DNA from: Eukaryota sp. GEM-RC1
Lineage: Eukaryota
Direction: 5' to 3'
DNA: 64,000 bases
Assembly: GCA_040285855.1 (NCBI GenBank)
Contig: JAUFOQ010000016.1
Span: 2,728,001 to 2,792,000 of the forward strand
In this document: positions 10,780 to 22,240 of the stretch, piece by piece
Layout: each line of letters opens with the position of its first letter
Position numbering within the stretch: position 1 is the first letter of the stretch
Translations under genes and position numbers: made by a program
The notes under the pieces: model-generated
What the model saw: only the letters and a program-made list of their open reading frames with translations
Told to the model about the DNA's origin: nothing
The model's database searches: none

Positions 10780-10838
10780 ACAATGAATGAAATTAAGTTG
10801 GTTTATAATCTATGATTCTCATACTATGATAATCTACA
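10751..10838 (-). repeat. Family A LTR shared between tandem copies A1 and A2 (internal form TGTAG...CAATA)
   Basis: 88 bp; IN stop on one side, gag on the other. Confidence 0.9.
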
Positions 10839-13800
10839 CTACTTCTTCTCCTTCTTCGAACCAGTTCTTCTTCGAGTTCTCTTGGCTATGGGAGTCTTGT
10901 TAGGATTAGCTTTTGAGGATGATCTCTTTCTCTGGTCTATGCAAGGATTATTATTATTTTTCTTAAACGCCATAAATGCCTTAGTGTTTTTAATACTTGA
11001 AGTAGCAACTGCAGTGATATCTCCTCCATACCATAATACAGAACACATTGGACCTTCAGGTGAGTCGAATTGATCTAACACTTCAGTGATGACATGTTCT
11101 TCCTTATCACCAGCTGCAACTTGTTGGTGGATGCCATGATCTGATGGAAGGTCAGAATGGTAGAGTTTGCATTGATGTACACTAGCTTGGGATTGAATGC
11201 CAGATACAAGGTTCTTGATTTTCAAGGATGATGATGAAAGGAGCTCGATGACCAGGAATGGGCCAGAGTGTTTGCCATGATGCTTTGTACCAGTCTTAGA
11301 GGATCTGAGGATCAGATCGCCAATTTCAAATGGATTTGATTTATTGGACTTAGGGGGTCTCTTTGACGATTGATTGCTACTTGCTGATTCTTGCCTTTCC
11401 CGGATTCTCTCGTTTTTTCTTTGAAGGTCTTCGATAAAAGGGATACTTAAATTGGAAGCTTCTAGGGCTCTGAGTATGATACTAGGATCTGCCTTAGGCC
11501 CAAAAGAGGACCCAAACATTAGTTCATAAGGGATGTGTTCAGTGTAACGATTCTTTGTTGCGTTTAGCTGGAGTTGTATGAAGGGAAGGTATTCGGTCCA
11601 GTTGTCGAATGTTCCAAAGTCGATTAGGAAACGTTGAAGATTTCTTAAGACATCGCGATGACGTCTCTCGACTAACCCGTTAGATTGAGAAAAGTGGGGG
11701 ATGGATGTTGTGTTATCAATTGCCAGCAGTTGACAGACTGCGTTGAATGTTGCGTTAGCAAATTCAGGACCGTTGTCGCTGTGGATGGAATAGGGGATAC
11801 CGAATATACCACATACGTTGAACACGAGTGCATATGCAACTTCTTTAGCGTTCAGTTCATTGATTGGGGCTAATATAGTGAATCTTGTGAAAGAATCTAC
11901 AAATACTAGGATGTAACGGTTACCTTCAGCGTCAGGGGATAATGGACCAATAGTGTCTACATTAACTTTGGCGAATGCTTTATCGGCCCAAAGTGATCCT
12001 GAGTGAGGGATTTGATCCCTTTTGACAGGGGATGTCTTTTGGCATGAGGGACAGCTCTTGATATGATTGACTAGATCGTCTTTCATGTTAGGCCACCAGT
12101 AGTCGCTGTCGTTAAGGTTTTTAACTGATGTTGCTATACTGGGATGACCAGATTGTACTAATCCATGGATGTTGAGCAAGGCGGATTTCCTGAGGGACAA
12201 GGGGATCAGGATTTTTTTGTCGTTGGTTAGATATAACTGTACTCTATCGTTGAATGTTGTGTTGTTGAAGAGGGGTTCGTTTGACTCAATCGCTTTGAAT
12301 TGTTCGGAACGGATTCTGCTCAACCAATTGCTGAAGATTGGGAGATCTTTTCGTGCAACTTCACGGAGACTGTTAATTGAGGGGAGATCGGTGTGATCAA
12401 TTCTTGTAACGGCTACTGGATCATCAGTAGGTTGTGCAGCGGATTGCTGGATGGGAGATTGGTGAGGACATAACCGTGAGAGCATGTCTGCCCAGTGGTT
12501 GTCAACTCCAGATGTGTGTACGATGTCGAATTGGTATTCTGAAAGTACGAAGAGCCATCTTTTAATCATTCTGTTCTTATCGGGACACGAAATGAGGTAT
12601 GCTAGGTTCTTGTGATCTGTGAAGATTGTAAGGTGCCTAGTCTTGAGGAAGTTAGCCAAGCTCGACTCAGTCAAGATGATGAGGATGGCGTAAAGCTCTT
12701 TCTGGATGGTCGCCCATTGAGCTGAGAATCGGACAGTATACGGCTGAAGAAACTAATAGGTTGAACCTTTCGTTTTATCAATGGTGTACCTGGTGGACTT
12801 GGAGAGATTTCGTTCCAGATGACACCTCCAACAGCAAGGTCAGAAGCGTCTGCGCTAATGAGGATGTTACTATTGGGGCCAGGAAGGTCGAGTGGTATTT
12901 GATGGACTATCAAATTTTTGATTGAATCAAAAGCTCGTTGGTGTTTGTGTTCCCATTTTACGCCTTTAGGTTTTCCTTTGGTCAGGGCGATAATTGGGGC
13001 TAACAATTGGGAGATTCCTGGTAACCAGTCTCTGATGTAGTTGATTGTACATACGAGGCTTCTTACATCTTTTACTGTCTTGGGGTTTGGAATTTCAAGG
13101 ACAGCTTTGATTCTGACATCATCGATTAATCTGGTTTTGTTGTGGAAGATACTGCCTAATATCTTGATTGGGTGTTTGTGGGTTACAAACTTGCACTTGT
13201 GGATGCCGAGGGTTACTCTAGCGGATTGTGCTTTATTGAAAACTGCTCGAAGTCTAGTTATAAATTCATCGAACACTGAAGCTATAACTATGATATCATC
13301 TAGATAGATGAAGACTCCATCCATTGCGAAGATCTCTGTCATCAGGTTTTGGAAAATTGCTGGTACATTTTTCAGGCCGAATGGAGCTCTGGTGAACTTA
13401 ATTGTTCTGCCAGGGATTGTTAAAGCAGTTTTGTCCATATCTTTTGGAGCAACTTTGAGTTGCCAAAAGGCCTTGGGGAGATCGAGAGTTGCAATGAAGT
13501 TTGCTGCTGGTAAGAATGTGATCACGTCAGCGATGTTGGGCAGGTCGGATGCTATCGGGACTGTTGAATCGTTAACATCTCCTGTTCCGCTGTAATCTCC
13601 AGTCAGACGTGGTTTCCTATGATCAGGGTACGTGACGAGTACTACAGGGCTTGAGAACTTAGATTGTGGGGATGACACGGCGAAACCTTGTTCGATAAGT
13701 TCGTCAAAGATGCCATTGGCGATCTTTAGCTTCTCAGGATTGAAGTAGCGTGGTTTCCTTTTGACGACAGTTGACTCGTCGTGGAAGGGTATTTCCATTG

Positions 13801-15715
13801 GGGGACAATCTATTCCATCGGGATGAGGAGTCGACTGGAATATGATCCTGAATTCTTCTAAGAGGGATGTGAGCTCTTCCTCTAGAAGTTGATTGTCTAA
13901 TTCGATTGTGCAACCGGATTCAACTGGGTTGAATGATGTGGAATGATCGGTGTGTCTGGACCTCACTGGTGAGTGTGTGCTTATTAGGTGATCGAATTCC
14001 GATTCATCTTTCAAGATGGTGTTATGTTCTTTTTCTAGTCTAATGACTAGGCTGACCTCTGTCAACAGCCCTAATTTGTTTAATAAATCGATTCCGATGA
14101 GCATTGTTTTATTACCGGTAACAATAGGGAAGGAGTGATCTATATAAACTAGGTTAGCTGCGCTATTGAGCTGGAACGCAAGAACACCTTTGGCTGTGCC
14201 TAAGGACGATGTACGAGTGCCATTTGCAGTGATGTAGGGGATTGTTTCCTGTGAGGTGTTCATCTTGCAGAGATCGACTAAGTCTTGAGTGATGACGGAG
14301 ACTTGTGCGCCTGAATCTATGGTTCCGGATATTGAAACATCGTTAACAGACATGTTCAGGGCAATGAATTTGTCTTGGTTGTTGCGAGTTATACTCATAA
14401 TCCTGGGTGTATCGTTGAGGATTTCGCTGATAGGATTGTTGAGTGTGTGTGAGGTGTAAGAGCTTGGTGTCGAGGTTGTCGACAAAAAATTCAAATAATT
14501 ATCATTTTTATTACGCTTTAAATCTACATTACCACTACCGGATCTGCGTTTTCTTTCTTCAAACTTACCAGCGTTTAAAGAGGATACTCTGCAGTTGGGA
14601 TCGGGGCACATTTCGACTGTATGGCCAGGCTCTTTGCAGTACTTACATACTGATTCAGATCCTGTGTCTCTGTGCTTGGGCTTTTGGCGATTCTTACCGG
14701 GACCTCTGGGACCTTTGAATTGTCCACGTTTATGAGATTTTTTTCGGGGTTCCTATTTCTAACGTCTGAGTCACTGTCAGAGTCGAAGGAGGGACGGAAG
14801 TTCTTCAACTTGTTGTATCGAGGGACACTCGCGTTATGGAGATAGGGGGCACCTGACTCAGTGATTGGGGGAGTGGATGGGCGAGTAGTGTCCAGGAATC
14901 TAGCATCTGAGATATATTGGGGTCTGACATTCTGACGCTGGATGTTCTGGCTGCACCAGTTCAAGTACCGGTCTTTCAGGTCCTTGAACACCTCGACTGT
15001 GCTGAGTTGAGCAAAGGAGGCTTTATCTTTGAAGAAGATCTTCGTGTCCGATCGGATGATTGGAATACCGATGTTGTGGGCAAAGTATTTTAGAATGTCC
15101 CGGGCTTCGAAACAGTACAACTGAGTGGTGTTCAGTTCAATCATGGTGGACATGTTTGCCACGATTGTGAAGCGGCGAAGGAAGTCATCCCAACGCTCTT
15201 TGTTGGAGCTCCATGACTTGTCCCAGTCCATGCGGCATTCGGCAAGGGCGTTGTCTGCAATCTGGGGGGATTCAAATTGGGAGCTGAGGATTATTCGTTC
15301 CCAGATTGCCCAGTTGCATAAGAAGTTGGCGATGGTGCCATCAGATTTCCACGAGCTCAGGATGTGAGGGTCGACATGGAGTTGAATTCCTCTAATGTCG
15401 ACGTTTAGCAGAAGGTCTCTGGCTAAATCGAGGCCATGACGGGGTTCGCCATAAGTGGTCTTGTTGATGGATAGTACATCCTCGAAAGGAGTGAACAGTT
15501 CATCTGCTGTGGTGGGTTCGGCAAGTTGTCTCCAGGCCAGTACTTGGTTTTCGAGTTCGAGCAGATGTTGGGATATATCAATGCTCTTACCTCGGGCTCT
15601 GGAATACCGGTGCCACTCTAGAGCGAAATTCAGGCAAGAAAACTGGTCGGTTTTCTGCAAGTAAGGCGGTTTGAGCTTGGATTCTCGGCGGGTTTCGTTT
15701 TCGAGTTCAGCGAAC
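10751..15715 (-). mobile_element. Family A copy A2 (IN 10839-12674, PR-RT-RH 12671-14611, gag truncated at the A/B junction)
   Basis: Offset 6004 bp from A1, near-identical proteins. Confidence 0.95.
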
Positions 15716-18218
15716 AATGCTCGAAGACCTGTCGTCGATCGAAGCGATCGATGCTGATTACCGTCTTTTCCCTCAGCTGATCCGAGACACCTCGGACTTC
15801 CTGGGAATCACGAATTCCCCTTCAACCTCCGCTATAATCCCAGTCTCTTCTGAAGACGAAAACGACCTCTATGAACAATTCCTTGGTGAATCGCTTAAAG
15901 ACACTCGCCTCTTCGACAACCTTGACAACCAACTGCCTGACCCTTGGAACCTCCTATCAACATTAACATCCACCCTAGACCGGATATTCCCCTTGCTCCC
16001 TCGAACTTCGATTATGTAGGTATCCATGACAACGCCGGATACTACAGTCCTTGTACCGACCCTGCTCACCCTGATGAGGGTCCTTTTGATATTATGATCG
16101 CCACCCTTGACGATGCTAGAGCAATTGAATCCGAAATCGACGAAGACAACCTGTTCGCTGAACGTTTAACCATTGATAACTTAGCTCACAACCCGCTAAG
16201 CAGTTCAGATAGTGACCTTCCCGAAGAAACTTCCTGGTCACAGATTCCCGACCCCAGCTACGTTTTTAACGATTGGCTTCAGCTCTATGCCAAGAACAAG
16301 AGAAAGCCACTGCCAACAACGACGTCACCATGACCACATACACAGAACTTATTTCTATGACCGCTAACGACAAAGATTATGTGCTCACTTGGAACCACAG
16401 AAAGAAGAAGTTCGTTATTCCTGACTCCTTGAAACGACATTTACTTCTGACAATCCATGGATCCACTAGAGCAGGCCACCCGTCGAAGAAAGACTCTATC
16501 TCCGCCTTAATCAGAAGCGATTATTGGTGGCCAAATTGTGTTTATGACATGAATACCCATGTAAAAAATTGTATCCCGTGTCAAAAGACCGCTCCTGTCC
16601 CTGAACTGAAACTCCCCTCCTCCGGAAATCTCTGATCAGACTGCCCATTCCAATGACTACACGCTGATGTAATTAGCCCGCTATCTTCTGACTCAGAAGA
16701 TTACAAATACATACTAGTATTTGTCTGCTCGTTCTCTAGGTTCACCATCCTAGTACCCCTCAAAATTCTCAACGCTCAGGAAGTCGCGTATGCGATACTC
16801 TGGAACGCGGTTGGCAACTACGGTATTCCATCGCAAATCCTAAGTGACAATGGACCGGAGTTCGCCAACGCCGTTAATAAAAGTTTATGTTTGTTCTTGA
16901 ACATCGAAAAGAAATTCTCAACCCCCTATTTTCATCAGGTTAACGGACTGGTAGAAAGAAGGCACCGAGAAGTCTTGCAAACCCTTCGCCGCCTGCTCAT
17001 TGACCTCCAAGCACATGCCAATTGGAGCACGTACATTCCAATTACCCAACTGATCCTAAACACCAGAACCAGTTCCATTACAAATTTCACCCCCTTCGAG
17101 CTGATCTTCGGCTCTAAAATTGATCCCAGACAACTTCCCCTTCAAGTCATCCAGAACTGTACTGTAGATGATCACTTACCGCAGTATTAATACGTTGATT
17201 CCTTGAAACAGAAAACTTCAACTATCTTAAACTAGTGGAAAGAGGCAGAAAACTCCTATTAATCTCAAAAAAGATCAGTTTCATCCAGGAACTCTGCTAC
17301 CAACAAGAAACTCATCAACGACATCCAACAAGGAGACTTCGTCTTGAAACTCAGTGAACACCCATTCAAGACTCATGGAAAGTGGACTGGCCCCTACTTA
17401 GTTGAGACTTTTTCTTATCACCCCTCGAATTGTCTCATCCGTAATTTCATCACAGGAATCTCGGTTAAATGCTCTCATTTTTCTCTTTGTCACGTTAACA
17501 AATGCCACACCAACCACTCTGAGAACGTTCTACAAGCCTACGCCGCTACCGACTCGGAAGAAGTCATCATCGACAAACTTATTGATCATGACTTGACCTC
17601 TCCTCAAGACCCCAAGTACCTAGTCCGCTGGCTGGACGGTACTACCACATGGGAAGGCCGCTCTGTAGAAAATACAGCCGCTTACTACACTTACCGCAGA
17701 AAGTACATTGACGAACCTCCTCAAGCTAAAGGTCCTTCAACTGCCCGTGCCAACTCTAAACTATACGCTGCTTGGAAAGCCCAACACCACAAGGCCGCTC
17801 CTGTTGTAGCCCGCAATCAGCACCGTATGGAAACAAGAAATCGTACGTCCCACTAGGTTATTTTTAATTTGAATTACCCAATAAGAAGAAAATGCAGTGT
17901 TGTAGTTGTAGATTTTTTTAATTTCATATTAGGTTTTTATCTTCCCCCTTACAACTATAGAGGTTCGTTCCTTATAAAGGTTCTCCTCTTCCAAGTATGT
18001 ATTCCTATAGTGCACAAAGACCAACAGTAATTACTGTGAGCAATCCCCATTCTACCAACTCACTATCAGCACCGCTCTTGAACGGAACCTCCCGTATCGA
18101 GTCATGTAAGTTCTTGGAAGACCTCCAAGCTTATGTTGCTGCTCTTCAAGCTTCCGAAGCATTGTCCCGCCCAAATTTGGGTTTTGACTTATCATGTACC
18201 ATAAATTTTGAGTTATCC
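15715..18218 (+). mobile_element. Family B fragment B2
   Basis: Near-identical to 2243-4746 (offset 13472) with the same junctions. Confidence 0.92.
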
Positions 18219-18306
18219 TGTTGATGCTGTATGGAGTTAGTGGACATACAATGAATGAAATTAAGTTGGTTTATAATCTATGATTCTCATACTATGATAA
18301 TCTACA
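18219..18306 (-). repeat. Family A LTR without internal sequence (solo or recombinant)
   Basis: Identical to 4747-4834; flanks TATCC and CTGTA do not match each other. Confidence 0.88.
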
Positions 18307-18307
18307 C

Positions 18308-19025
18308 TGTACCTTTTCACTTAGACTAATTTCATGCCTTCAGATGTTGATGAAATCGATTATACAGCTCTCAGCTCATCTGTATGGATGCTCAAACTTT
18401 TGAATTATTGGAAGAACATCTCTAGGGGTGGTGTTTGAGTACTGGATTTGCACTGTATTGATGCACCCACAAATGATATTGTTCTTGAACAATCAGAGTT
18501 TGAAAGTCATATCTTATCCGTAGTCGAGCAGTAGTGCAATGAGAACAATAAACTTTATTTGAAACAGTAATGGTTGTGTTTTACAATCGTAAAAGTTCAA
18601 ACACAGTCAATCTATCAGAAAAGTGGGGAGTCGATTCCATCCTAGAATCAGGAGGAGGGAATGAATGATACGAAAGACATTGTTTGAAGTTTCTAACATG
18701 TACAACGTTGTGCTCAACAGGAAGATCAACCTCACTTGATCACCATCAAGTGAGACATACGTTTCCAGGCAGTTCACTTCAGATAGTCGAAAATCCAAGA
18801 ATGGAATTGCAAATGATTCTGATAATGGAAGATCAGGATCCGGAAGACTTAAGTGTGGTAACTGCTAGCAAGAATGACACGGTGTAAAGTGTTTGAGCTT
18901 ATGAGGAAAGTGTGGAAACGAAGATCACAAGCTCAAATCTTGTTCAGAAGCGTAGACTAGATAGAAATCATTGTTGAAGATGTATGTTTGTGTAAGAGAT
19001 TGGGTATTGAAAGTCAAAAGGTACA
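18308..19025. mobile_element. About 0.7-kb element bounded by 15-bp inverted repeats, possibly a MULE-derived remnant
   Basis: TGTACCTTTTCACTT (18308-18322) vs reverse complement of 19011-19025 TGTACCTTTTGACTT, 14/15; degraded knuckle-like KCGNC*QE*H near 18850-18890 on +. Confidence 0.45.
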
Positions 19026-19148
19026 CTGTCGTTTTCAATTAATTTGCACTATCACACACACTTTTGCTATAATCTTGACAGAATTGACTAAAATCTTGAC
19101 AACTTCTTTTCACTTCCCCTCAAATATCTCTCAGTATAATTCATAATT

Positions 19149-19463
19149 ATGAGCTTAAATCAAAACATCGTCTTAAATGAGGAGGACCCTGCAATCAATC
19201 CAACAACACCAGTTCCAAATAATTTGATGTCCTTTGAATCCTATGAAGATGCTGTTAACTCTCTGCAAAAGTGGGCCGGTGATAAAGGTTTCTCTCTCCG
19301 TACCGATGGTGGTAATGAAGGCCGTGGACGTGTTTATCTTTTATGCTCCTGTGCTTCTGTCCATAGACCTGGTCGTGTTAATGAGAACAATGACATTGTT
19401 CGACGTCGCTCAAAGACAAGAGTTACGCAATGTGCTTTCAAGCTGTACCTTAAACTCATATGA
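19149..19463 (+). pseudogene. Mutator (MULE) transposase N-terminal FAR1-type DNA-binding domain fragment
   Basis: FESYEDA..LQKWA..KGFSLR...LLCSC...RRSKTRVTQCAFKL fits the FAR1/WRKY-GCM1-like pattern. Confidence 0.75.
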
Positions 19464-19892
19464 AATTGTAAAAACAAACAAATAATACTAGGATTAAATC
19501 CAAACGACTTCATCACCACCCGGTAAAAGATTTCGTTTTTCAACATTAACCTTCACACCAAACTTGTACAATTTCTCAATTACTAGTAATCGAGAGAAAT
19601 AGAAATGCATATTCCGATACATGGAAAACACTATCCGGTTTTTCCGATCAGCCGTTCTAAACTTACGCTTCTTTTGTTTACACAGTTCTTCGAAATTCTG
19701 GAAAAATTGATCAACATCAGGACTAAAAGATTCAAAAGAGAAACAGCCAAAGGTGGAAACACAAATTTGGAATATGAGTTTCGATTTAATTCTTCAACTT
19801 GAGAGTCATTGTTAGAGTGTTTGAGCTTTTCAGCAGCTGTTAACGGATTAAAAGCAGAATCTAATATCCTACTAACACAAGATTGGTTCCAT

Positions 19893-20165
19893 TCATGATT
19901 GACTCGATGTAAGCCGCGGAATATGGAGATCCCCTCGTTTTTGGTCAGTAAATAGATTTTCTGAAAGATGATTCAAAACTTTACAGTGCAAACCATGTGC
20001 TTTAAACATGGAATAACCAGAATCACGTACACCATCATGAATTACTGCACGTAGATGAATACAAGAACGACAATTAATTAAATGGCGAAAAATTACCATT
20101 AGACCTACAGAGCAAGTTGAATAGTTTAATAGATTTGCAGGCCAAATAGCCAAACGAAACTCTAA
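19893..20165 (-). pseudogene. RLE-type non-LTR retrotransposon remnant (zinc finger and RHD-like motif)
   Basis: TCS...HLINC...AVIHDGVRD...RGDL resembles the CCHC plus RH(D/N) plus RPD region of restriction-like-endonuclease elements. Confidence 0.6.
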
Positions 20166-20249
20166 TAATCAAAATCCACAAAGTCCAGATTACCGATCTA
20201 GAATTTCTCACCTACCATATCCTCATAGTGTCTGCCAAGAGATAATAAA

Positions 20250-20800
20250 GCGTTAGATATAGAAGTCACCATACCTTTAAAGATAGCAAACACAATTCGA
20301 TTTTTCCAAAATCTAAGATCAAAAGTCCTGGATGTTTTTTCTTTTATATTTCTTCACAAAGATTTCAAGTAGTGATGTTGCCGATTCACCTAAAGAACCG
20401 TACAGCGAAAATACAAAAGGGTACAACAAGTAATTCGAGTGTGAAACCGAATTCAGTACAATTTCAATTTAGCACAATATTTTTCCATTAATAAATTTTC
20501 ACCAATCAACAGGGGGTTTTTAGCATTAGATTTAGCAAGCTTCTTGTTGGAATCATTACAAACGTCGATGGACATAACATCAGCAATAATGAAAGAACCA
20601 TCGAGATCAGGAAATATGACATCACTACGGCTATTTCCGTACGAATTGTCAACATCCGTATCTTCAAACAAACCAGCCAGAACTGGTTCCAAAAAGGAAA
20701 CTAATGCATAAGATTTACACATACAGTGTAATTGATTTCTGTTCTATAAAGTGAAAAAACTACAAAAAGGTTTGTTTCGTCGTTTGTTGTGCATGAATGA
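20250..20800 (-). pseudogene. RLE-type non-LTR retrotransposon remnant (PD-(D/E)xK endonuclease domain)
   Basis: EP...RSDVIF...IADV...EKY, followed by YPFVFSLYGSLGESA in the adjacent sequence. Confidence 0.65.
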
Positions 20801-21138
20801 GTACGTACTCCAAACTCTTTCACACAATCTTACAGAGCATACTTGTTATTGTTGTGGATGCATTGACAATTTTTGCTCTTTATAAATCTTTTTCTTGATC
20901 TTCATTGCCTTTCGGTATCAATAATTTTTGACCCAAACTGGTAATCTGTTTTTCGAACTATACTAACCATAGAATAATGAACGTTAAATCAACGTGCCAA
21001 TGAACTATACTAAGGCTGACAGTCACAACAGTGTTTATTAGTGTGGTCCACAGTAAATTCAGATACTATAAATTAGTGTACAATGTAGTGCATCAAAAAT
21101 TAATTTACTGAGCTATAAAAAACAATCTACTCGTCAAT

Positions 21139-21180
<42 letters not shown>
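21139..21180. repeat. (CAT)n microsatellite, about 14 units
   Basis: Perfect trinucleotide run. Confidence 0.95.
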
Positions 21181-21199
21181 TTGTTCTTCATCGTCGCTG

Positions 21200-21480
21200 T
21201 TAGGCCAAGTGTCTGGTTTCAATCCTAGAAAAGTTTTCCATGTATTTGTTAATTATGAATTGGAGTTCTGGCTTGAACTGTGCCCATCTCACAGTAGTGG
21301 TCAATGGAAGGCCACATAAGATCATTGCATTTCTTGGATACGTTAACCCGTCTTCATCACGCTGCTCATTAAGTTTCTGGATGTATCTTGCTGCTAGTTC
21401 TAGAAAGTACTTCTTACATGGGTTCTTAAGTTTACCGCGTTTTTGCCAACTCTCATTCTCAATCAAAAGTGGTGTTAAGC
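21200..21480 (-). pseudogene. Protein-like fragment of unknown identity, probably transposon-derived
   Basis: 88-aa ORF with protein-like composition embedded among TE fragments; family not recognised. Confidence 0.3.
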
Positions 21481-21498
21481 TTTTGAAGAGCAGCCAGA

Positions 21499-22150
21499 AT
21501 GGGTAACTATTGTATAGGGGTGTACAAGGAAAACCACGAAAGTATTCGAAAGGACCTAGATGCTATGACTGAAAACTCTTTACTCAAATTTACTTTGGAT
21601 TTTTGTACCTGCAGAAGTGGTACTCCATTCCTGGGAGTTACTGTACATTACATCGATAAGAATATTGGGCTCAAAACTAAGATCCTTGATTGTGGGTTAT
21701 TTACACATCCACATACTGCCGTCAATGTTGCTGAGTTGTTTAACAACGTTCTAGAACATTTCAAATTTGAGAACAAAGTTTGTTCTGTAACTTACAATGC
21801 CTCAAACATTCGTTTAACAAATTATTTGAGGAATTATTGGGTACACCTGGTATTGTTTATCATAGAAGATGTTTGGCGTTCACATTGTTCTCAACCAATT
21901 ATCTAGAAGTACTCCCAATTTTCTTGAAGATCAGGATTGTTTTTCGTCAAAAAAATTAGAGAATTTTGTGTCAGATCACACAGAAGCTCAGACTTGAGGG
22001 AACGTATTTCTGATAGATGCAAGTTGGAAGGACTTGAAACCACCTCCATGATTTTTGATGTTTCAACAAGATGGAATTCGTCCTTCATGATGCTAGAAAG
22101 GTACAGCCAATTGATAGACATTGTAGATCATATGATTTTCAAGTATTTTT
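21499..22150 (+). pseudogene. hAT (Ac-like) transposase fragment, frameshifted
   Basis: FTLD..T...FLGVTVHYID, PHTA, VTYNASN (degenerate TDNASN), DVSTRWNSSFMMLERY. Confidence 0.85.
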
Positions 22151-22240
22151 ACAGTATTCTCGCACGTGTTCTGCCGTACTCCATACGCGCACGTGCGAAA
22201 TACGTGCGGCAACTGAATAACACGTTCGCATTTCGAACTA

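Larger units (their letters stand above)
4747..10838 (-). mobile_element. Ty3/Gypsy family A full-length copy A1 (LTR-gag-PR-RT-RH-IN-chromo-LTR)
   Basis: 88-bp direct repeats at 4747-4834 and 10751-10838; Gypsy domain order PR-RT-RH-IN; PPT next to the 3' LTR. Confidence 0.96.
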
